A stretch of DNA of 39,845 bases, from positions 1 to 39,845 of IMG/VR virus record IMGVR_UViG_3300033076_001191. The stretch is one strand, 5' to 3'. The position numbers were made by a program, and so were the translations under genes. This DNA comes from a virus. Taxonomy: Duplodnaviria; Caudoviricetes. Below, one piece after another: positions 27,565 through 35,731 of the stretch (positions within the stretch are counted from its first letter, which is position 1; the number at the start of each line of letters is the position of its first letter). The notes under the pieces were generated by a model, which was not told where the DNA came from, did no database searches, and saw only the letters and a list, made by a program, of their open reading frames with translations.

Positions 27565-27896
27565 TGCGGCTTCCTTCTAGTTGCGATTGCGTGGACGTTG
27601 TAGGGAACGGGCTGGCCCAGGGCAATGAAGAGGTTTTCCAGCTCCCGGGCCAGAACCTGCACTCGGTCCGAGGCGCTGCCGTCGGCCTTGCTGGGACCGA
27701 GACGGATGTCGTTGACCTTGAGTGCTCCGATGATGTTGCCGACGGTGACTTCAATGCCGAGGTCGGAGGAGGCCTGCTTGGCGATGTGCTCACGGGAGCG
27801 GCCGGCGAAGGAGTCCTTGTTCCGCCCGCACCAGAGGTTGAGGCGGAAGACATCCTTGGCGGAGAGCATGTTGCGGGTGCGCTTGGGCTGGGTCAC
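27561..27896 (-). CDS. Hypothetical protein (possible HTH)
   Basis: Coupled at both ends; SREHIAKQASSDLGIEVTVGNI is HTH-like. Confidence 0.6.
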   Translation of the reverse strand: MTQPKRTRNMLSAKDVFRLNLWCGRNKDSFAGRSREHIAKQASSDLGIEVTVGNIIGALKVNDIRLGPSKADGSASDRVQVLARELENLFIALGQPVPYNVHAIATRRKPQ

Positions 27897-28306
27897 TTGG
27901 CACCGCCCTTCTGTGCGATGGCGAGGAAGGCGCCCGCCAAGCGAGTCACCACATTGCGGTAACCCTTGCCGTATTCCTTTTCATATTCACGAGCAGGGGC
28001 GCCTTCAACACCGTCAAGAACTGCGTGAGCCTGTTCGAGTTCGTTTTCCGCCTTGGTTTTTTCCGTTATGGCGTAATTGTAATTGCTGGTTTTGGTCTCC
28101 AAGTCTTTCGTGAGTTGCGCGATCTTCTCATCCTTCGCGGGGATTGTCGAGATTTGGGCACGCAAGGACCGGAGTTCCGCTTCCAAGCTCTCCACACGGG
28201 ACTCGGAGGAAGCCTGAGCAGTTTCCAAACCAGACTTCACCGACAAGAGGTGGTCAATTTTGACGTGTGCGTCGGCAAGTTGCTGGGAGATGGTCAGTCG
28301 TGACAT
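27893..28306 (-). CDS. Coiled-coil hypothetical protein
   Basis: 137 aa with heptad pattern; CAGGA RBS. Confidence 0.7.
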   Translation of the reverse strand: MSRLTISQQLADAHVKIDHLLSVKSGLETAQASSESRVESLEAELRSLRAQISTIPAKDEKIAQLTKDLETKTSNYNYAITEKTKAENELEQAHAVLDGVEGAPAREYEKEYGKGYRNVVTRLAGAFLAIAQKGGAK

Positions 28307-28382
28307 GATAAATTTCCTGTTATGCGCTACAGGAGCGTAGCTGAAAAGGCACCCGAAGATGCCCTTGATAGCTAGGCTCAGC

Positions 28383-28613
28383 CTAGAGGCCTTCCAGTTC
28401 GCTCAGCAGGTCATCCCCGCTGGGCTTCTTTGCAGCTGTGCTCCGTGTGCGGGAAACTTTGCTCCCAGCAGTCGGGGCTCCGGCCGCCGCCCGATCGCCG
28501 CGCAGGAGGCGGAGGGCTTCGCGGAGTTCATCTTGGGGAAGAGCCTCTCCGTTTCGGATACGGGCTCGCCAGGAGGCGAGCTTGGCGATGGTGTCGGGGG
28601 ATTGTGCTGCCAT
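28383..28613 (-). CDS. Hypothetical protein (76 aa)
   Basis: MAAQSPDTIAKLASWR...GDDLLSELEGL; starts 5 nt after the upstream stop. Confidence 0.65.
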   Translation of the reverse strand: MAAQSPDTIAKLASWRARIRNGEALPQDELREALRLLRGDRAAAGAPTAGSKVSRTRSTAAKKPSGDDLLSELEGL

Positions 28614-28618
28614 GATGA

Positions 28619-29311
28619 TTAAAGGCCGAGTTGAGGAAAGGCGCGGAGAAACTGGGCGCGGAGCTCTGGGTTGTCCAGACCCATACCTGTTTGGTGCAAC
28701 TTGCTCTCCAGCCAGGTGTTCATGGCTTCTCGCTGAAAAGTGCCCGCAGGGTAAAGTCTGCTGATCTTCTCCACGACTGCCCAATAAGACGAAAGTGGGC
28801 GCTTTTCTGCTGCTAGTTGTGCGAGCTGTGGCAGGGGGTTGGCCTTGCGACGGATAGTCTTTGAAGCGTAGGACCCAAAGGCGAATAGTGCACCCTCCCA
28901 GAGTTCGGGATGCTCGCGCAAAAAGGATGTGACGCCGGAATCTGCGTCTGTCTTAAGGTGGCGCATCCAGTCGAGTGCCGTCTGAGCTACGGTGCCGCCT
29001 TCTGCGATCGCCCCGCTCAAGCTGTCCAGTACGCGCTCGAATGTTGCCGCGTTCAGGTCGCTAAGGATCCCCCGGCTTTGCGGAGGCTTCGGCAGTTCCT
29101 GAAAAGGCGGCTTGAAGTCAGACTGCATGCGGCCAGTCACGGTTCCTTCGAATTTCAGGGCCTCGGGGGTGTAAAACACCTTCGTTTCGAAGTCACGGAT
29201 CAGCTTCTCGCGGGTGTCTATGGGCGCCTGCTTCTTCGGCTCGACTTTCCGGCCCAGGGCAGGTAGCGGGTCGAACGCGTTGAGGCAAGTGAGGGATAGA
29301 TATTTCTGCAT
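28619..29311 (-). CDS. Hypothetical protein
   Basis: 230 aa, GGAG RBS, directly downstream of promoter 29345-29373. Confidence 0.65.
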   Translation of the reverse strand: MQKYLSLTCLNAFDPLPALGRKVEPKKQAPIDTREKLIRDFETKVFYTPEALKFEGTVTGRMQSDFKPPFQELPKPPQSRGILSDLNAATFERVLDSLSGAIAEGGTVAQTALDWMRHLKTDADSGVTSFLREHPELWEGALFAFGSYASKTIRRKANPLPQLAQLAAEKRPLSSYWAVVEKISRLYPAGTFQREAMNTWLESKLHQTGMGLDNPELRAQFLRAFPQLGL

Positions 29312-29332
29312 AATGCTGCTCCGGTTAGGGCT

Positions 29333-29373
29333 AAACACGGACGTATTATCGCCGGATAACGCGTCCGCGTCAA
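29333..29373 (-). promoter_or_regulatory. sigma70 promoter overlapped by double-box element copy 4
   Basis: TTGACG-N17-GATAAT on the - strand; + strand aaacacggacgtatta-tcgccgga-taacgcgtccgcgtca. Confidence 0.85.
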
Positions 29374-29390
29374 TACCCTAACCCCCAGTT

Positions 29391-30671
29391 TTAGCCAAGT
29401 ACCAGCTCAGTCTTCGGCCGGGTGTCCGAGACGTAAAGGCACTGATAAGCTTCCTTGCGGTTGCGATTGAGCAGGATGTCCCGCCAGTTTGTGAACACGG
29501 ACTTGTAAGTCGAACCCTGCGCACGGTGGGCGGTCAGTGCATAGGCGTGACGGAGCTGATGGAAGGCGTCCTTGAAATCCCAGAACTTTCCCCACAGGCG
29601 ACGGTTTGCCCGGGCGGCTGCAGCGAGATCTTCCAGACGCTCGGCGTACTTGATCTGGGAATCCGGATGCAGCACCCAGGCAATAGTCGGCGCACCTTCG
29701 TCCATCGAGATCGTGATGCGGTAGCACTTGAAATCCCCATAGAGAGGGTGCCAGTCTGTCTCCACACGCTCAATCGTGCCTTCGTCATCCGTGCTGGCCA
29801 TGGGCTTATCGTCCAGGTCGCGGGCTGGCGCGGTGTAGATAACGCGATCAGTTGGGAGCCAGGGGCTGTCCGCGTCGTTTCGGTACAGCCGGGCGCGGAT
29901 GAGCTTGTTCAGGCTGTCAACTGTCACGTTCCTCCAGGCAATGGCCTTGGCCATGTCCGGCTTCGTGAACTCATCAGCCCGAGCGAGGATCTGGGCCCGG
30001 AACTCCTTTTCGTTAAAGGTCCAGACACCTTGCTTCCCGTCGTTGTCGTTGAGGAGCTTGATGGAGGGGATTGGGCTGTCGATGGCAGCGCGGATAGCGG
30101 TGGCATGGGCCAGGATTTGGTTGTCATACCGCATGATCTTGGTCAGAACAACACGGTTTTTGATCAGCCAGATCGGGGAGCGTTCCTCGCCCACCGGGGG
30201 CAACTGATACCTGTCCCCCATGAACAAGAACTTGACCCCGTAGTCCGCAGCGGCTTCCTTGATAAACCGGCGCAGGTTTTCATTGATCATGGAACCTTCG
30301 TCAACGACGACTAGGCGGAAGTCGGACAGGTCAACCGGGTCTTCCGGAGCGGAGAGTTCCTTGACTTCCCCATTCGGTTCGAGCTTCAAACCGAGCAGAG
30401 AATAAATGGTCCGGCATTCGGGCTTGTAGTCAGGGCTCGTGACTGACTTGCGAAGTTCACGGGTGGCTTTGTTGGTGGGTGCGGTGTAGACAGTCCGGCC
30501 TCGCATACGCTTACGCAGCTCGCGGATCAAGAAGGTCTTACCGACACCGGCGGGGCCTTCCAGAACCAGGAAAGGTTCGTTCGGATCTTCCAGCCAGCGC
30601 AGGATGACGTCAATAGCACCTTCCTGTTCTTCGTTGAGGGGGACTTCGGCGACAGTGTTTTCCTGGCTCAT
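29391..30671 (-). CDS. SF1B (Dda/RecD2-like) DNA helicase
   Basis: GPAGVGKT, APTNKA, VVDEGSM, GDRYQLPPV, YALTAHRAQGSTY, YV..TR. Confidence 0.93.
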   Translation of the reverse strand: MSQENTVAEVPLNEEQEGAIDVILRWLEDPNEPFLVLEGPAGVGKTFLIRELRKRMRGRTVYTAPTNKATRELRKSVTSPDYKPECRTIYSLLGLKLEPNGEVKELSAPEDPVDLSDFRLVVVDEGSMINENLRRFIKEAAADYGVKFLFMGDRYQLPPVGEERSPIWLIKNRVVLTKIMRYDNQILAHATAIRAAIDSPIPSIKLLNDNDGKQGVWTFNEKEFRAQILARADEFTKPDMAKAIAWRNVTVDSLNKLIRARLYRNDADSPWLPTDRVIYTAPARDLDDKPMASTDDEGTIERVETDWHPLYGDFKCYRITISMDEGAPTIAWVLHPDSQIKYAERLEDLAAAARANRRLWGKFWDFKDAFHQLRHAYALTAHRAQGSTYKSVFTNWRDILLNRNRKEAYQCLYVSDTRPKTELVLG

Positions 30672-31099
30672 TTCCAGAGACTCCAGTGGTTTTGAGCTGC
30701 TTCCAGCTCGGTGATGGCCCCCAGGCGGGATTCGAAGCCTGGGGGAAGGGATTGGATGATGCTGATGGGGCGGCGGTGTCTGGTGAAATAGTCGATCTCC
30801 ATGGCCACGCCCTTGCTAGTGCGCCAGCCATCGAGGGGGAGGACGAAAAGTTCGTCGCAAGCGTGGAGGATGCGAAGATCCTGACGCATCCAGAAGTCAT
30901 GGTCTGGCTCACGGACGAAATGCTGCTTGATGCGATAGCAGTGCGAGAGTGGGGAGAACACGACCAGCCCGCGCTCCATGAGCATTGCTGCCGCGAGGGA
31001 AGCAAGTTCGATTCGGTCGTTTTGGATGACCGGGGAGGGGTGTGCCAGCGGGCAGGCGAGGTAGACGAATCGGTGCGAATGCGGGGCTTTGTCAGGCAT
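30668..31099 (-). CDS. Nucleoside 2-deoxyribosyltransferase-like (DUF1937-type) protein
   Basis: VYLACP, FSPLSH, W..QDLRIL..CD, W..SKGVAME; AAGGAG RBS. Confidence 0.8.
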   Translation of the reverse strand: MPDKAPHSHRFVYLACPLAHPSPVIQNDRIELASLAAAMLMERGLVVFSPLSHCYRIKQHFVREPDHDFWMRQDLRILHACDELFVLPLDGWRTSKGVAMEIDYFTRHRRPISIIQSLPPGFESRLGAITELEAAQNHWSLWK

Positions 31100-31373
31100 T
31101 TGAAGGCTCCTTATCTGTTGGGGGAAGGACTGGGATCCAGGTATAGAGGCAAGCATCGCGGCCGCCTTTGCCACCTGCGGCAGGGATGAAAGATTCTGTA
31201 ATCAGGCCCTCTTCAATCAGAGCAGAGAGCATTGAAACGAGGCGTTGCTGGGAAGCTCGATCCGGCCTCGGTTTCCACCCCATCAGAGCTGTCAGCTCCG
31301 CGCGCGTTCGGGGCTTTTGCTGGAGGAAGAAGACAAGCGCGGCCATGTCGCGGTGAAGGCGGGCTCCTGGCAT
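31092..31373 (-). CDS. Winged-helix DNA-binding protein
   Basis: PRTRAELTALMG..LSALIEEGLI..GG..LY wHTH pattern; GGAG RBS. Confidence 0.65.
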   Translation of the reverse strand: MPGARLHRDMAALVFFLQQKPRTRAELTALMGWKPRPDRASQQRLVSMLSALIEEGLITESFIPAAGGKGGRDACLYTWIPVLPPTDKEPSNA

Positions 31374-31378
31374 GGCGG

Positions 31379-31654
31379 TTACTCCAGGAAGCCCATTGCA
31401 CGGGCTACTGCTCCCGGCGAACGGTCGCGGGTTGTCCAGACATGCTGGGCGGAGATATGCCCGCAACGGCAGCATTTTTCTACCACTACAGCAGGCATCC
31501 AGAAGCGATTGTAGGGCTGCTTGTCTCCGAGGTGCTCGTGCTCGATGGCAGCGATCTCCGTTGTGTGTTTGTGACGGCAGAAGAGCTTCACGATGATGTT
31601 GTGAAGGATGGAATGCTTGCGCCATTCGGCGACGTTGAATTCTGGGTGGGTCAT
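31379..31654 (-). CDS. Hypothetical protein (CRH..CxxC)
   Basis: Own AAGG-N-ATGA start (MTHPEF); in frame with the upstream ORF only because of an apparent frameshift. Confidence 0.55.
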   Translation of the reverse strand: MTHPEFNVAEWRKHSILHNIIVKLFCRHKHTTEIAAIEHEHLGDKQPYNRFWMPAVVVEKCCRCGHISAQHVWTTRDRSPGAVARAMGFLE

Positions 31655-32074
31655 GTCGATGCCTTTTGCACTGAGAGGGCGGCTCGGGCTTGCTGTAACG
31701 TATCGACGGACACGCATTTCCCACTTAGCAAGATCATCAATCAACGCCTCCCGCTCGTCAGGCAACTCCCCCGCCTGCGCTGGCTTGTCCTCTACGCGGG
31801 CAATCTGCCGGACCAGCCAGCGCATTGCGTCTCGCGTTCCTGCGTGACCTTGAATAGCGGCTTCGATCAGGCTCTCCATGTGTGAGTCGCCAACCCTCAA
31901 ACCTGGCGGGATTGACTGCGCTGGCTGGAGTTTGGCAAGGACTGCTTGCTCGGTGGCTCGGGCAATTCGGAATGATGTAGTTCCGGCGCGATCAAACAAG
32001 TTCGTGCTCGCTCGATTGATGCACTGCGCAACTTCGCCATCACTCAGCAGCGCGGATTGTGTTTGGTTAGTCAT
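31651..32074 (-). pseudogene. Hypothetical protein with apparent +1 frameshift near 31725
   Basis: MTNQTQSALLSD..PAQAGELPDERE. Removing one base gives ..LASGKCVSVDTLQQARAALSVQKAST-stop, ending at the ATGA of the next gene. Confidence 0.45.
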
Positions 32075-32278
32075 GTCAACCTTTGTGATTCGTTTTGGTT
32101 TGGTCTGGTGCTCAAGCACGGAAAGCTCACCACTAAGTTTCTTCAGCCTGTCAGCCCAATAGGCCCGGTCTTCTGGATTGGTGAAGTTACCTGCCAGCGT
32201 CACATTTGAAATACGCTTCGTCTCTTCGCGCAGCCAGTGCATGCGCCCCTGCAGCGCGGCTTGTGGGGTGGGGGTCAT
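32075..32278 (-). CDS. Hypothetical module (MTPTPQAALQGR...), reads in frame into the next module
   Basis: GGAG RBS and ATGA coupling at 32278; no stop before the internal start at 32074. Confidence 0.45.
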
Positions 32279-32481
32279 GTTGGCTTTCTCCAGTACTCTG
32301 TGCAGCAATCTCCAGCGGACAAGTCGCAGTCACAATCTGCACACGGTGACTCATCCCACTGGTATGCAATGCCACGATCTGAGACAAATTCGTGCGGGCC
32401 TGGGTGGCCGATTGGCAGTACGCATCCGCTTGTGTCACGGACGTTTGAGAACTCTGGCGGGTGGATAACGCCGCACTGCAT
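32275..32481 (-). CDS. Small Cys/His-rich protein
   Basis: MQCG..CVLPIGHPGPH..CADCDC..CC; coupled at both ends. Confidence 0.65.
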   Translation of the reverse strand: MQCGVIHPPEFSNVRDTSGCVLPIGHPGPHEFVSDRGIAYQWDESPCADCDCDLSAGDCCTEYWRKPT

Positions 32482-32756
32482 CACTCCTGCCTCCCGCTGG
32501 CTGCCGAAGTAGCAACAGCCACAGCAAAGTCCGTCATGGTTTTCCTGGCGGAGTCGAACGACCTCATGGCTTCGGTCATGTTCTTGCACGCCTGCTCGAT
32601 GCGGGCGCTGAAGTCGTACCCCTGGCCAAGGTTCACTTCTTGACCGACAGACAGCTTGTCGAGCTTGCCGTAGTACTGGTTGAGAAATTTCTCCAGCTCA
32701 TCGTGCGACACCTCGCAGATGTACTTGCTGTCGTTGGCTTTTGCTATGACCTTCAT
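32481..32756 (-). CDS. Hypothetical protein (91 aa)
   Basis: GGGAGG RBS, ATGA coupling, phage-like codon bias. Confidence 0.7.
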   Translation of the reverse strand: MKVIAKANDSKYICEVSHDELEKFLNQYYGKLDKLSVGQEVNLGQGYDFSARIEQACKNMTEAMRSFDSARKTMTDFAVAVATSAASGRQE

Positions 32757-33223
32757 GACTGCCTCCCGCTGGCTGCGATTGCTGTGTCGATGGCCTGCGA
32801 AACCTCGATGGCCCATGCGTTCAATTCGTCCACATCGTCAGGCCCGTAATTGTTCAGGTTCAGTTCTGGGCACACCGAAGCAAGGCGCTTCAGATCAGCC
32901 ACCACCTCGCCCGCACCCTGCGCTGCTGCGGGATGTGCTGGCGGGGTTGGGGAGGCAGCGAGCATGGCAGCCCAAATTTCTGCCGGTGGGTAGAACCTGT
33001 TGAAGTCCCATGTCTGTACGTTGCGCATTTCCTTGGTAGGCTCAACAGGTACCAGCTTCCACCCCTGCGCGGCCTGGGCTGGCTGTGTTGCGCTGAGGGT
33101 GGCTTCCAGGCGCTCAATGTACTCACCCAAGGCTGCGGCTTCGGTGCCACCAAGGAAATCCATGGCGAAGTCGAAGCACTCAGGGCGCTTCGGCGCCAGT
33201 GTGTCGTGCTGGCTCATCGTCAT
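32753..33223 (-). CDS. Hypothetical mosaic protein
   Basis: GWKLVPVEPT.EM and WAAMLAASP motifs common in proteobacterial phage accessory proteins; QPAQAAQG linkers. Confidence 0.7.
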   Translation of the reverse strand: MTMSQHDTLAPKRPECFDFAMDFLGGTEAAALGEYIERLEATLSATQPAQAAQGWKLVPVEPTKEMRNVQTWDFNRFYPPAEIWAAMLAASPTPPAHPAAAQGAGEVVADLKRLASVCPELNLNNYGPDDVDELNAWAIEVSQAIDTAIAASGRQS

Positions 33224-33423
33224 CTCCTAAAGTCCTGTGGCGCCACTTCATTCCAGACCTCATACTTCGGGTCCAGTTTCTTCTGCAGTTCCCGCAGGCG
33301 GGCGAGTTCCGCACTCCCACGGCGCCAGACGGTTTGATCCTCGCTGTATTCGAAGGTCCAGTCGTGCGCCTGGAGCAGGGCTCGGTATTCGGCCAGTTGG
33401 GCCTCGGTCGGGGGGAATGTCAT
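33220..33423 (-). CDS. Hypothetical protein (67 aa)
   Basis: HDWTFEYSED..WRRG motif; AAGGA RBS. Confidence 0.7.
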   Translation of the reverse strand: MTFPPTEAQLAEYRALLQAHDWTFEYSEDQTVWRRGSAELARLRELQKKLDPKYEVWNEVAPQDFRR

Positions 33424-33444
33424 TTGGAAGTTCCTTGTGTGTAG

Positions 33445-33801
33445 TTAGGCCCAGTGTCTCTTGTGCTTGTTCATCGCATCGACCAGTTCGCCGTACCCTT
33501 CGAGCTTGAGCAACTTGTCCGACAGAGCGCGGCAGGCACCGCCGTAGACTTCGGGATCGTGCATATTTCCAGGGCGGTTTGCTTGTTCAACCATAACAGG
33601 CACTCGCGCCAGTGCCTGCTTCACCCGCTCTTGCCGCTGGAAGTGCTCTTCGATGAGGCGGCAGATAAACGCCTGCCAAGCTCCGTGCGGGACTTTGCCT
33701 TCGAGTTCGGAGAAGAGCAGCAACTCCACCTTCCCCGCGAGGGACTCCGGCAGGTGCAGGTGTTTGGAAACGGGGCGATCAGTTCGTGCGGGACGTGGCA
33801 T
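33445..33801 (-). CDS. Possible ribbon-helix-helix DNA-binding protein
   Basis: MPRP..KHLHLPESLA..FICRLIEEHF: a strand followed by two helices. Confidence 0.55.
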   Translation of the reverse strand: MPRPARTDRPVSKHLHLPESLAGKVELLLFSELEGKVPHGAWQAFICRLIEEHFQRQERVKQALARVPVMVEQANRPGNMHDPEVYGGACRALSDKLLKLEGYGELVDAMNKHKRHWA

Positions 33802-34027
33802 GACGGGCTTTCTTTACTTCAGGTTGGCGATTGATGATGCAGATATCCTGCGCGGGTTCCCAGAGCATGTGCTTACTTGCGCACTCTGCTTCACGTTCGG
33901 TCTGGTAATCCCACTGCCCGGCCACACCATACAGGCAGGCGATGACGAGCAGGTACAGTGCGATCAGGCGTTTCTGCCCCCGGGACTGAAAGTCCCAGAT
34001 CATGGGGGCGGTCTTGTGTACGGGCAT
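33779..34027 (-). CDS. Small single-TM membrane protein
   Basis: LIALYLLVIACLYGVAGQWDY hydrophobic segment. Confidence 0.6.
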   Translation of the reverse strand: MPVHKTAPMIWDFQSRGQKRLIALYLLVIACLYGVAGQWDYQTEREAECASKHMLWEPAQDICIINRQPEVKKARHATSRTN

Positions 34028-34029
34028 GG

Positions 34030-34470
34030 TCAACCTTCCCAGGTAGTTGCATTGTCCAGGGACCAGCCACGGCTCGGCGCGCAGTCTTCGCACATGGCCG
34101 TGAACTTCGTCTGCACCACGACCTCATTCGGCAGATCCGTCTTGATCTCCGTCGTGGTCTGCCAGCGGTAGCTGTTCTTCAGATGCCGGTGCTCTTGCTT
34201 CTGCATGTAGTGGGAGAATGCCATGCTGACTGTATTGCAGTGCGAGCAGCCGGTTTCCAGGAACAACGCGACGTTCGAGACTGCGCGCCATTCGTGCTTG
34301 CGCTCCCACTCCGCGATGCGGGCGGCATCGGCTGCACGCTCTTCGGCTGAAAGCCCGCCGCGCTTCAAGCGCTCCCGCGCTTCTTTAGTCCTCTCGGCGT
34401 CTTTGACCTCGGCCATTGCCTGCCCTAGCAGGGCGTCGAGGTCGGCGAAATCGTCTTGGTTGATAGCCAT
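34030..34470 (-). CDS. Hypothetical Zn-binding protein
   Basis: CSHC and CEDC pairs; 146 aa. Confidence 0.7.
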   Translation of the reverse strand: MAINQDDFADLDALLGQAMAEVKDAERTKEARERLKRGGLSAEERAADAARIAEWERKHEWRAVSNVALFLETGCSHCNTVSMAFSHYMQKQEHRHLKNSYRWQTTTEIKTDLPNEVVVQTKFTAMCEDCAPSRGWSLDNATTWEG

Positions 34471-34486
34471 ACTATTTCCAGGTTTA

Positions 34487-34762
34487 TCAAAATGTCAAAC
34501 CACGCAGCAAGAGTTCTGCTGCCCCGTAAACTTTGTGTTCTCCACAGCCTTCGCATTTGTACTGCGCTGCATCTGGTTCTGCCATTTGACCTGCTTCACC
34601 GCAGTTAAGACAAAACCCTTCCGAGTTCTCATCGAGTTCCTGCAGGAGCTTCAAGCTCGGCTTGATCTGCAGCTTCCCTGACTTTGCCTTATAGGCTCTT
34701 TTATCTTCGCCCAGTGGCTCTCCGTCAAAAGGGGAGATGCTTGGGTCAATGCTCTGGCTCAT
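34487..34762 (-). CDS. Zn-ribbon hypothetical protein
   Basis: GFCLNCG..EPDA..YKCEGCG; GGAG RBS; first gene after promoter 34816-34844. Confidence 0.75.
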   Translation of the reverse strand: MSQSIDPSISPFDGEPLGEDKRAYKAKSGKLQIKPSLKLLQELDENSEGFCLNCGEAGQMAEPDAAQYKCEGCGEHKVYGAAELLLRGLTF

Positions 34763-34803
34763 GCTGAGACTCCAGGTTTGCGTAATGCGAGCACCATTGC
34801 TCG

Positions 34804-34844
34804 ATATACGTCCGTATTATCCCACGATAACGCGTCCGCGTCAA
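34804..34844 (-). promoter_or_regulatory. sigma70 promoter overlapped by double-box element copy 5
   Basis: TTGACG-N17-GATAAT on the - strand; + strand atatacgtccgtatta-tcccacga-taacgcgtccgcgtca. Confidence 0.85.
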
Positions 34845-34869
34845 CCCAGATCTACACCCCTAACCCCCA

Positions 34870-34909
34870 AGAGATAACGCCCGCATGGAGTATGGCTTCC
34901 ATGCGGGCG
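34870..34909 (-). terminator. Rho-independent terminator
   Basis: 12-bp stem cgcccgcatgga/tccatgcgggcg followed on the - strand by TTATCTCTT. Confidence 0.7.
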
Positions 34910-35013
34910 GTCCCCGGGTTCTATTCCCCCGCGTCATCCGGCATCCCGTGCCAGCTCGGACCAGCTTCGCGGGGAGTCGCCGTCCCCGGTTGCTGGATTT
35001 CACTTGCGGTCGA

Positions 35014-35592
35014 TTACTCGGCGGCAGGTGTTTCGTCGGCGGCTTCGCCGTTCAGCTCACCCAACAGCGCATTCGCGTCGATCTTGCTGGTGGACTTGCT
35101 GGCCTTCTCGGCCTCGATGCGGGCGATGATGGGCTTGAGCTGGTCCGTGCCACGCAGGGCCACCTTTTCCGCGTGGGTCTTCTTGGCCAGGAAGGCCTTG
35201 ATGACTTCCAGCGACTTGCCGGTGCTTTCGACCAGGGCCTTGACCAGCACGCTCGTGCCTGCCAAGCCGTTGGCTTCGCGCTTCTGGCTCCACTCGCCGG
35301 AGTACAGGCGGTCGATCAGTTCGTCGATGCCGATGACGGCATCTTCCACATCTTCCACGCCGGCGATTTCATCGCCCAGCTTTTGCTCCGCACCGTGAGC
35401 GGCGAACTTGCTCAGCATACCTTCCGGCACGGTGAACAGACGCGTGGCGCCGTTGCGGAAGTCCAAGCGGACTTGCACTTGACCCGAGGCGTTCACGAAG
35501 GATTCCTTCAGCAGCTTGCGCTTGCCGGCGAAGTCCACGACACGGCCGTCTTCCATCGTGACGGATTCGATTTGAGTTTCTTGCTTGGCCAT
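35014..35592 (-). CDS. Hypothetical early protein, paralog A (192 aa)
   Basis: GGAG RBS, strong codon bias, own promoter and terminator; homologous to 37234..37746. Confidence 0.85.
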   Translation of the reverse strand: MAKQETQIESVTMEDGRVVDFAGKRKLLKESFVNASGQVQVRLDFRNGATRLFTVPEGMLSKFAAHGAEQKLGDEIAGVEDVEDAVIGIDELIDRLYSGEWSQKREANGLAGTSVLVKALVESTGKSLEVIKAFLAKKTHAEKVALRGTDQLKPIIARIEAEKASKSTSKIDANALLGELNGEAADETPAAE

Positions 35593-35683
35593 TTTGGCAC
35601 TCCATGAAAAAGGCAGGCATTTAGAGGATCGCGGTGCTGAGGGTGCTTGCCGGTATGCCCTCATTTTGCGGCGCGATGGGTGG

Positions 35684-35711
35684 ATTTTAACTACCCGCGC
35701 GGGGCTGTCAA
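35684..35711 (-). promoter_or_regulatory. sigma70-like promoter
   Basis: TTGACA-N16-TAAAAT in the intergenic gap. Confidence 0.7.
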
Positions 35712-35731
35712 CAGGAAAAAGCGAGAACTTG

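Noticed and set aside
22706-30314. Long + strand ORFs (22706..23833, 24860..25675, 26548..27603, 29526..30314)
   Set aside because: Antisense shadows of well-supported - strand genes, expected in GC-rich DNA.
34925-34976. Hammerhead ribozyme (GAAG and CGGAUGA around a three-way junction)
   Set aside because: Deviates from the CUGANGA/GAAA core at several invariant positions, and the stem II closing pair fails.
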